DNA of 64,000 nucleotides from Camelus ferus (lineage: Eukaryota): positions 31,064,001 through 31,128,000 of the forward strand of contig NC_045696.1 in assembly GCF_009834535.1 (NCBI RefSeq), read 5' to 3'. A program made the position numbers and the translations under genes. Numbering within the stretch: position 1 is the stretch's first letter; each line of letters starts with the position of its first letter. Shown in pieces: positions 39,906 through 49,240 of this stretch. Below the pieces are notes generated by a model. It was not told the origin of the DNA. It did no database searches and saw nothing but the letters and a program-made list of their open reading frames with translations.

Positions 39906-40798
39906 ACAGAATAAATGGGTGCATCATTCTGGCTAATATGCCTCCGAGTGAGAGAGCATGATATCAGCGCTCATGCTGCTCTAAAGAGTGATCATTTCAG
40001 TTTGCAGGCTAAAGGTCATGTCATTTGACGTGTAACACCCTTTGAAAGATAATCAATGTTTTCTCTAGACGTGTGTTGCACTAGGAAATTACTGAATGCG
40101 CTTTATTTTCAGAAACAAATGCACCTGTTACATCTGTTTTGTTTTTTCCTAACACTTTAAAAAAATGAAAATTACTTCTTAGCATAAAGTTTGAAATACT
40201 TTACTAATTTGAGCATAGTCCCCGAGAACACTGCTATCAAGACTTCTATTAATTTGCCAAACATTTCACAGACTTTTACTTTTCCCTAGGGCTATAAACT
40301 GCTTGGGGCACCGTTTGTAAACTTTAGTTCCCAGAGCCATTCAAATTGTACTAACTTATAAAAAAAAAACTGATTTAATAAATCTACTATAAAATGAAAC
40401 TAAATATTTATAAACCACAAAAAAAAATGACAGTCTAAGTACAGTGAATAACCCATCAACTTCTCCTCCCATAATACAAAGCTATTATAAATACTTTTCA
40501 AGTTGACCCACTAATTTTTCTTTCTTGGATTCTTTTTTTCTCATCAATAATTACATGAGGGAATATGTAGAAAAGGAGTATCACTATCTACCTTTTTTAT
40601 AATAGTAGAAAATAATCAAACAGCATAATAGGAGTGTCAGTAAGATGATCTACAGTCCTTTTAATGCTGCAGTTGGTCACAAGGCCGTAAGTGAGCTTCA
40701 TCTTTGCCTCCCTAAACCACCCATTCTAGGCCCCCAGCTAGTAATGCCTCTGCTCTAAGTAGCTTTCCTGTGGAGGTGACAAAGGATCAGGGATTCTC

Positions 40799-41213
40799 TG
40801 TCACAGGTTGAGTTCTTCAGAAACAATGTTAAGACGTCTGGGATCCAGGATTTATATTAAGGATCGATATTTGTGAAAGAAGGAAGAAGAAGCAGGATTA
40901 GGAAAACAAAGAACACTATCTAGGCCTGATAGAGTCTTGGCCAATCCAGCAGTGAGTTCTGGGGCAGAGGTTGCCTGTTGGAATTACCTGATGTCAGGAC
41001 AAAATGGCCAGGCCTCCATACCTGTGCCCCACTCAGCCATCAGATGAAGGCTTCCCCTGGATGAGTAGAACCGTGGGAGAAGTTACTACCCAGATGAGCC
41101 AGCACTAGGATCTGACAGCTTCTGAAGGCTGTCTGTTGACTACACTTCCTAAAACCAGGGAGAACAGCCTTCTTCAAAGGGAGAACTGGGTGCCACAGCT
41201 CCATACCTACCCT
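40799..41213 (-). mobile_element. LTR16-like (ERVL) LTR
   Basis: 'tgtcacaggttgagttc', 'agaagcaggattagg', 'ttggccaatccagcagtgagttctgg', 'aaatggccaggcct..actcagccatcagatg'. Confidence 0.8.
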
Positions 41214-41382
41214 CCACTGCTTCCTGTATTTTCAGCAGGCCATGGCTACTGTATGACCATTTACAATTACAACTGTTAAGAGAAACTCCAGTAGGTTACC
41301 CGTATGTAAAACATATTCTTTCCTGCCTCTATTATGTAGTGGTCACCCTACACCCTCATGATTGTCAGGATTAATAACTCAC

Positions 41383-41458
41383 GCCAGTATGATAACTCTC
41401 TGCCAGCCTCCTGAATGCGGAGGCCAAAATGTGACGGCATTAGAAGCAGAGTACTGAC
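41383..41458 (-). other. Candidate 76-nt exon, host gene unknown
   Basis: Minus strand reads ctactgtctatttttag|GTCAGT...CTGGC|gtgagt. Two reading frames are open. Confidence 0.25.
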
Positions 41459-41890
41459 CTAAAAATAGACAGTAGAATTGGAATGCTGAAATAGGAAAGA
41501 TCCAAATGACGCTAATATCCCAAATGTCCCTCATGTTGGATGGAGAAGTTCCTTTCTGTCGTATGTTCTTTTTGTCTTTTAGGGGAAACACACTGTAATG
41601 ACCTACTAAAGTTTTCAGATTTAGAATTAAGGCCAGATTTTATCATTGTTTGAATAGTTGATCACAAAATCAAACCCAGAAAAACTGCACCAAAAACTTA
41701 ACAGACAAATATATGTGATATGATATACAGATACCCTTATAGGTATCAATATCTCTATCATATAGTCATCAATAAAATTCTAGGAAATATATGTGAGAAT
41801 AAATACTAACTCTGTTATACGAAGAAAGGAAAACATGACTGTGCTGAAATTATCACTGAGACATGTTTAACAGTTGATCTTACTCACATG

Positions 41891-42818
41891 TGTAAGGGAG
41901 GAAATACTTTCCCCCTCTTCTCTCCTAGGTTCTCCATATGGGACCCTACAAATTAGACTGACAGGAGACAGATTAACAAAATAGGAACAATTTATTAGTT
42001 CATGCAGTACACATTGGTGGGGAGGTCTCAATGATGATAACTAAAAAGGATTGTTATAACACAGGCTTATAATAGCATCTCTGCAAAGGGCAATATATTT
42101 GCATAAAAGGGACAAGACAAAGTAAAAAGGTTTTAGGCTTTAGGCACAGGAAACTGTGGGAAGTTAAATATATGGGAAATCAATGGTAGTGAGACAGGAG
42201 GTCACAAAAGGTCAAAAAGTGGGCAGTGTCCCAATTCCTTGAAGTCCTCATCCCTTCCCCAAAGTAGTTGGAATAATACTACCACTTGTTAGCATACGAA
42301 GTTACAGAACCCATAAAAACTAACCACCCCGTACCTCCTGGCCTTTTCTCCTGCCTCTTGAGAAGGCCAGCATTCTGTGCACGGAGTATGTATCTCTCTG
42401 AATAAATCTACCTTCACTCTACTATGACTCACTCTTGAATTCTTCCCTATGTGAAGTCAAGGCCCTCACTATGCAGGGTGTATCCTAGGGACTTAACCTA
42501 GACCTGGGACCCTGGCTAACCTCTTACACCTCACATTTTCCTATATCAGAAGACAAGGGCTTGTTAGAGAGATTTGTTTGTTTATGTAGATTTTTTTTCC
42601 TCAGTTGCATCTTGTCTCTGGTGATAAGGTTATTATCTCGATCCTGATACAGGAAATGGGGGAGGGACACCTTCCCAAGAGAATTTATGTTCTGAGTTCA
42701 GGCAGATAAAAGGAGGGCAGAAAGTTCATCATGTGTCTGCTTCTCCTCATCTACCTTCAGCTCAAAATAATTACATCAGAGTGACCTATTTTAGGATGTC
42801 ATGCTCTGAATCCCTTCA
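41891..42818 (-). mobile_element. MER34/MER39-like ERV1 LTR, interrupted by a nested LTR
   Basis: Termini 'tgtaaggg' and 'ccttcagctcaaaataat..ttttaggatgtcatgctctgaatcccttca'. Flanks catg/cctg form a degenerate 4-bp TSD. Confidence 0.85.
42190..42548 (+). mobile_element. ERV1-class solo LTR nested in the MER34-like LTR
   Basis: TG...CA termini, TATA-like 'cataaaaa', AATAAA at 42401, U5-like 'ctcttgaattcttccc'. Flanks gtag/gaag match at 3 of 4 TSD positions. Confidence 0.85.
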
Positions 42819-42928
42819 CCTGCCTTTTCAACTGCCTGAGTATGTGTCTAATCATTTTCTTTTTGGTTGACTAAAAGCTGGATTCAATAATGGCCTATTG
42901 AGGTTGAAATCCCAGCAATGCCTTGATG

Positions 42929-44407
42929 CAGGGCCTGCTGCTATGTAATTTGTGGAACTGAAATAGAGCAGGTCCATGTGGGTCTTCTCTGGTATGAATC
43001 CTTTCTGTGTCCGCCATTTCTTGTTAGTAGGACAGTGGCTTCATTCAGTCACTGTGACCTTCCCTGAGTTCCAAAGTGCAGATTCAAACAGTTGCTAATC
43101 AGAGAAGGTAGGGAATGCAGAGATAAAGGAGGAGCAGTCAAGAAACAATTGTGCAGCCTTGGGGCAGGGTCCTGGTTCCCCCTCAAGAAATACACCTAAC
43201 AGTATCTTTGAGTTCTTCTGCAGGAACCAGGGCCTCCACCCAGGTGGAGGAAGGTAACTTCAGGCTGAGCACATGATTCCTGGAAAACCACCCTGTTACC
43301 TCACCACCAACCAACCAGAAGAAAGTCACACATCCTGCTGCCCTCATCCCAAATTTTGCCGATAAAAACTTTTTCCTGAAAACAATCAAGGAGTTTGGGT
43401 TTTTCTAGCATGAGCCACCCATTCTCCTTGCTTGGCCCTGCAATAAATCTTTCTCTGTTCCAAACTCTGACGTTTCAGTTTGTTTGGCCTCACAACGTGT
43501 CAGACACATGAACCTGTTTTTGGTGCAAGATGAAAATGTGACATCCCCTTCTTCAGAAAGTGGGAAAATTATCCTGTTAAAGGCACTAAAATATAAAGCG
43601 TTTCCCTTTCTCCCTGGGCTCTCTGTTAACTTGTCGTATTTTTTAATTTTTCTATTTTAAATATTACATTATTAACATGAATTTTACAGTTTATTTTTAT
43701 ATTGTGGAATGCCAGCTTCAAATGCAAATATAAGAGTACGTAACTCATGCAGAATCATTGAAATTTGTATTTCATAACTCATCATGCCTATGCATTTCTT
43801 TTCCCAAAAGAATGGATACTCTACAAGTCTAACTCAGCTGCTGTTATTTCATTGCTAAATACTTGCACATTCTATCAACACTCTCTATCTTTGGATTACT
43901 GATGGGTAAGGAAAGACTGAATGGCATTGTATTTCCCTTTTCTTTTATAACATCATCTTTAATGTGAATGGTTGGGAAACACAGGGAAATAACACAAGAG
44001 AGAAAGGGAGAAAGCTCTTTGGTGATTCCAATTTTTTAGAAAGCCATTGGATTCTTTCTGCCTTTGAGTTGAGTTCCAGTTTGAACAGAAAGCATGGTCA
44101 CTCAGGGCTGTCTGCACTGCTGCTTACTTAATCACAGATGTAGCAAGCTTAGCTTATACTTACTTTGAGTCTTGTTGAATCCCATGGATTGAGGGTCACC
44201 TGGAATTCTGTGCTCATAGGCCATCACAAATACTGTATGCAAATGGGGAGACAAGGAACAGAGAATACAAATCTTATTCATATATCCTTTGCATATGTGC
44301 ATGCTGGATTGTCTCTTGGGCAACAGAACATTAAGCCAATTGTGGGGGCTTCTGAGGTCATGTCCATGTGTGATAACACAGGCTGAGTGTTCCTGACACT
44401 CATCCTG
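42929..44407 (-). mobile_element. MER45B-like hAT-Tip100 DNA transposon, interrupted by an LTR
   Basis: CAGG...CCTG termini. 'gctatgtaatttgtgg|gtgcaagatgaaaatgtg' is the MER45 end split by an insertion. Flanks ccttgatg/tcttagtg form a degenerate 8-bp TSD (differences are all transitions). Confidence 0.8.
42959..43524 (+). mobile_element. ERV1-class solo LTR (cetartiodactyl-type) nested in MER45
   Basis: Starts 'tgaaatagagcagg'. Contains TATA-like 'gataaaaa', 'ctccttgcttggccctgcaataaa' and U5-like 'tttggcctcac..cagacacatgaac'. The terminal CA appears lost. Confidence 0.88.
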
Positions 44408-44451
44408 TCTTAGTGTGATGTAGAAGAAGAGGTTTTAAAAACTTAGGGCAG

Positions 44452-44529
44452 GCAGCTGCTCACCTGAGCCTGCCCGCTCTCCCCTGAGAGTGCACTATCC
44501 ATCCTTTAATAAATCCTCACTTTACCTTT

Positions 44530-44575
<46 letters not shown>
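44452..44575 (+). mobile_element. Short L1-mobilised retrocopy with (TAAA)n tail and 15-bp TSD; body resembles an LTR R region
   Basis: Exact direct repeat aaaaacttagggcag at 44437-44451 and 44576-44590, preceded by TTTT on the left. AATAAA at 44508-44513. (TAAA)11 from 44531. Confidence 0.88.
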
Positions 44576-44577
<2 letters not shown>

Positions 44578-45250
44578 AAACTTAGGGCAGTGGAAAAGTC
44601 ATCAAGCTTTTATTCCATAAAATGTATAATATCACACATGAATTCAAATAAAAGCTCCAAAAAATACTTTGTTTCATTAAGAGAAATATCCTGGAGAAAT
44701 ATGCGGTTGAGGATTGTGCTAGTTTTTCTGAAAAATCACTGCAGTGGTTCTTTTTCATATATTAGTAATAAAATGAGAGATGCTGCTATTGAAATAGGTT
44801 CTTATGGAGGCAGAAACTAATTAGAAGTATTTAACAAAAAGAGCAAGAAGGGCAAGGTAACTGTAATAAAGTAGCAAGTTACACTGGTATTCAAAAAGTC
44901 TGATTCAGTGGCATATTGCTCATCTGTTGCCTAGGAATGAATCAGATGTGTAGTTTATCTGTCTAACCAATATAAATGTTGACTGTCAAAAACTTGAATT
45001 GGAAAGTTGGAGTCATGTTCCGTAGGAATACGGAGCAAAGCACTCCCTTTTATGTCAAGTAAACTTTGACTCACGACTGTGCTTTATAAGAGGAAACAGA
45101 CAAAGAAGCAATTGCCTGTTTATGTAATTAGAGGTTTAGATACAAAGACAGACATTTGAAAATAGGCCCAGGGTGTGAGAATGTGGTGACATACAAGACA
45201 GGACCCCTGAGGAGAAGGCTTTTAATATCAAATACTCAATATGATTCAAC

Positions 45251-46310
45251 TGTGGGTACCAGTCACCTCTTCCCCCACATATTAGTCAGGTAGGGCTGCT
45301 ATGACAAAGTACCACAGACTGGGAGGATTAAACAATAGAAATTTATTTTCTTTCAGGTCTGGAGGCGTGATCCAAGATTAAGATGTCAGCAGGGTTCACT
45401 TCTTCCCAATGCTTCCACTTGGCTTGGAGACAGCTCTCTTCTCCCTCTGATTTCATGTGGTTTCTCTCTGTGCTTATCTATATTCAAATCTCCTTTTCTT
45501 ACAAGGACATCAGTCATATTAGGTTAAGGTCTGCCTATATGACCTCATTTTATCTTAATTACCTCTTTGTCAGTCCTGTCTCCAAATAAAGCCACATTCT
45601 GAGGATAATGGGGAGTTAGGACTTCAACATCTGCTTTGGAGGGACACAAATTAGCTCAGAACCTGCAGCCATGAATTCATGGACTAAGTGGCCATGGTGA
45701 CAAGAGTATAGGGTAAGCAGGACTTCAAGAACACGGCCTCCTTTCACCACGTCTGCCATGGCTACCACCACAGCTGGGTGCCTTTCTTGACAGCAGCAGG
45801 GAGCAATGTTGTGCATTAGAAATAACAGCATAACTGGTGTGTCCAGGATTACATCTAGTGGTATGGTGATTTCGCTGGGCCATTTCCCGAGCAATTGTGT
45901 CGTAGACTATTTCAACAGCATATTCAATGCTCAGTTACTGTGCTTACTGTGAGCATAGGCTTAAGAGTGTGTTTTCAGTCCTGTATGGTATGAACCAGTG
46001 GATGATATATCATGTTGTTTCATCCTGAGCCAGAATACATGAGTCCAGAAACTAAAGAGTGGAATTGGAGGTGGAATATATCACTATTACAACCAAACAC
46101 TACTATTAAAATGTTCATTCTCTGACCCTCAAAACTGGACTCTACTGATTTAAGAGGATCTGTGGGTTTAAGAAGTCTGACCTCAAATCTGAGCTCTGCT
46201 GCTTTAAGAGATCTTACTGGTAACCAAAGGAGTAATCCCTCCACCAGGGGGCATAAGAAAGTTTCTATTAAATTGGAAGCTAAGATGCTCACCTGGCCTT
46301 TTGTTTCTCA
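45251..46310 (+). pseudogene. ERVL internal remnant: integrase zinc-finger region and dUTPase, interrupted by MLT1
   Basis: About 45672-45810 reads *IHGLSGHGDKSIG*AGLQEHGL/FTTSAMATTTAGCLS*QQQ, comparable to recalled ERVL WAHEQSGHGGRDGGYAWAQQHGLPLTKADLATATAECPICQQQ. 46229-46303 reads GVIPPPGGIRKFLLNWKLRCSPGL, comparable to GMLPPGDTTMIPLNWKLRLPPGH. Stops and frameshifts are present. Confidence 0.85.
45278..45662 (-). mobile_element. MLT1A/B-like MaLR solo LTR nested in ERVL-int
   Basis: 'agggctgctatgacaaagtaccacagactggg..ttaaacaatagaaatttatt', 'cttacaaggacatcagtcatatt', 'gttaggacttcaacat'. Confidence 0.93.
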
Positions 46311-46479
46311 ATAAAACAAGATCAAAAACAAACAAACAAAGTAAACAAGTTATCTTGCATAATGTAAAAGAAGGAATCGGAAGTTTTAGTAATCTAGAAA
46401 TGTCCTTTCAGTTTTATATAATGTAATGTGTGATCTGATCATCTCCCGAACTAAAGCTAGAGAGATGAATTTCAAGGGG

Positions 46480-47030
46480 GAAAATTACAAAAATAAGTCT
46501 GGTTTGTTTAATTGTTACTGCAAATTGGGTTATATGACAAACAATTCCCATACCTTGAGAGGCTACACCTGCATTTCTAAGTCAAAAATATATGGAAAGA
46601 ACATAAAAAGATAAAAATATTTTCATCAAACATGATATTATTAAAGATATTTTTAAATTAACAATTTTTTCAATTTTCAGAAATCTTTTTGAGTATGACA
46701 GCTTTAAAAATGTGTCTATAAATGAAAGAGTAACAGATAAAATTAATAGTCACTTGATATGTAAAGCCTTTTTTGTTATCCTTCCCAGAAACTGTGAAAG
46801 TGAATGACTTAAATGATTGAATTTTTTCAAATATTTTGTGATTTATTTGGTTCCTGATTCTCTAATTTCAATGAAGTTAAAAATAATATCTAAATGTATT
46901 AGCAAAAAATGATCAAAAGTTTTTTTAAATATTGGCTATGATATGACTTTTGTCATAAAATTGAGGGAATTCAAAAAATTGAGTGTCCTGTTAAAAAAAC
47001 TCCCCAAATTCCCATCTACTTTTTGCCATT
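46480..47030 (+). mobile_element. hAT-Charlie transposase C-terminal remnant
   Basis: Degraded motifs 'tgcaaattgggttatatgacaaacaattcccat' (LAYMADIFH-like), 'cttcccagaa' (YFPE-like), 'gaattcaaaaaattgagt..aaactccccaaattcccatctactttttg' (EFKELS..KLLPFPSTYLC-like). Confidence 0.6.
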
Positions 47031-47869
47031 GATTTTGACCAAAAAAAGGGGGGAGGGTTAATATTGGCCTTAATAAAAGCTATACATTTCAATGTTGGAT
47101 GATTTAGAATGTACTGGTACCTAATTATAGAGTGCTGAAAAAAACGTACGGAATGAAATGGAGAAAGAGTGCAGGCATGACTCTTTGAGCCCTGCGAAGA
47201 GGAATAGAAACAGAATGAGCATGTGGAGTTATAGGATTTTCTCTAAGTGGGTGAAGATCACAAAAGTATATGACAATGTTAATTTTATGACAATAATAAT
47301 GGTAATTCTGTAGAAGGGAAGAAAGTGATATCAAAGGAAATATTTGATACAAGTGCAGGACTGAGGAATTTTTTTGTTTGTTTTTGTTGTCTTTTCCTTT
47401 TACTGGTAATTTGGGGTGGGATCTAGGGTATTAAGAGAGAGGTTATCTTTAGTTTGGGACAAGCATTTATTATTCCATTCTACCAGGAGTGAAAGCATAG
47501 TGTGTGATTGCAGGTACAGGAATGTGAGTGAAAGGATGCGAATAACACCAGAGAGTAACAGGGGAGCTGGCTTGGCAGAGATGTGACACAACAGGGGATG
47601 TTATAAAACAAAAGTTCAGAAAATGATTCTACAAAAGAAGTATGGTATGGTTGTCTGGCAGTAGTGATCACTATTTGAATTTTTTATCATCATTTTGAAA
47701 TACTTAATGTTCTGTATGATTGTCTCCAAGAACATTCAGTGGCTTTAAGACAGAGTAATACATCAGAGAGGGGAGAGGTAATGGAGTTAACTGTATTTTC
47801 GAGTCAGCTATAGAGAATGATAATTAGATCTATGCTGGGTTAAGAAGAAAAGGACACATAAGGCTGGTA

Positions 47870-48307
47870 AAGTATAATTTACATAACACAGATTCATCCA
47901 TTTTAAGTGTATAATTCAATAATATTTTTGGAAATTTACCAATTTGGGCAACCATGACCACCAGTTTTACAACATTCCTAAAACTCCAATAAGATTCTAC
48001 CTGCCCCTTTACAGTTAATCCCCATTCCTACCTCCTTCTCCAGGCAACCACTAATCTGATCTTCATGTCTAAAGATTTACTTGTTTTGAACTTTTCTTAT
48101 AAATGACATAATATAATCTGTGGTCTTTGGGGTCTGGCTTCTTTAACTTAACATAATGCTTTCAAAGTTCCCCCATGTTGTAGCCTGTATCAGTATTTTA
48201 TTTCTTTTATATGTCAAAGAATATTCCATTGTATGGATGTACTAAATTGTGTTTATCCATCTACTAGTTGGTGGATATTTGGGCTATTTCCATTTTTGAC
48301 TACTATG
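47870..48307 (-). mobile_element. L1MB-like 3' end
   Basis: 'ttcatccattttaagtgtataattcaat', 'ccaggcaaccactaatctg', 'tctggcttctttaacttaacataatg', 'atattccattgtatggatgtac'. Confidence 0.92.
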
Positions 48308-48904
48308 GTTAGAAAGGAAATATTTGAAATTGATAATTTTGGACATTCATTGGTAATGGTGAAGCATAAATATGAACAAGTGTTTCAGGGACCTGTGATC
48401 TCATTAAAGAAAGATCATTGTCCTGGATAAGGAGATAAAGAAACAGGAAGTTAAGAGGTTAGTTGCATCATCAGTGTGATGGCTTAAATCATCAACGGTA
48501 CTGAGAAGAGTAGAGGAGGAAAGGGATAAGGTGAGCAAGGCAGTGAACTCATCAGCAAATGTCAGTAAATGACAACATAGAGGGATGAAGTGCAGTGAAT
48601 TCTGATGACCTTCACTTCATATGGACTGTACATTAAGAAGGAAGGAGGTGAGGCAACTGGCAAGCTGCAACTTGAAACAAGGGTTTTACTTATATTTCCT
48701 TGATGCCATTTGGTACATGGACCATGAGGGGAAGAAATTAATAGTTTCTACTTAAGAACTCTGTAGAAGAAATAGCATATTCAGGGAGAACTAGATTTAA
48801 ATTAGAACAAACATATCATGGTGTGGCCGCAGGAGAGTTTATTTAGAAATGACACAGTGGAACAAACTGGAAGTTGGGAGAAATGAGAATGGAACCAATT
48901 AAGG

Positions 48905-49240
48905 GCGGTGTTTCCCAGAATGCGTATCAGTATCAAAGTCTCATTTTATAACCAATACTGTGTAACACTGCTTCATACTGTGAAATGAAATTCATAGAAA
49001 ATATAAACAACTTAAACACTTTAAAAAATCAATGCAATATCCTAGGTGTAATATGGACAAATAAAAGGAAATAATTTATATTAAATAACATGTGTCAATA
49101 TGTAGGTGTTCAAACACAACTACTGCAAGATATATTAACAGTCAGAAGCTTGCATTTCTCCTTAGACTTATCCTGAAGGAGGTAAAAATGCCAACTGCTA
49201 GTGGTATGCTGCACTGACAACTCAAACACCAGGACAGAAC
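48905..49240. mobile_element. hAT-Charlie-type non-autonomous element fragment
   Basis: TIR-like 'cggtgtttcccaga' and 'aaatcaatgcaatatccta..aaataaaaggaaataatttata..gtcagaagcttgca'. Confidence 0.5.

Noticed and set aside
43233..43250. CCTCCACC-ca-GGTGGAGG inverted repeat
   Set aside because: It lies inside an LTR and is most likely a family feature.
45019..45034. TCCGTA-GGAA-TACGGA hairpin with a GNRA loop
   Set aside because: Only a 6-bp stem, with no larger RNA fold visible.
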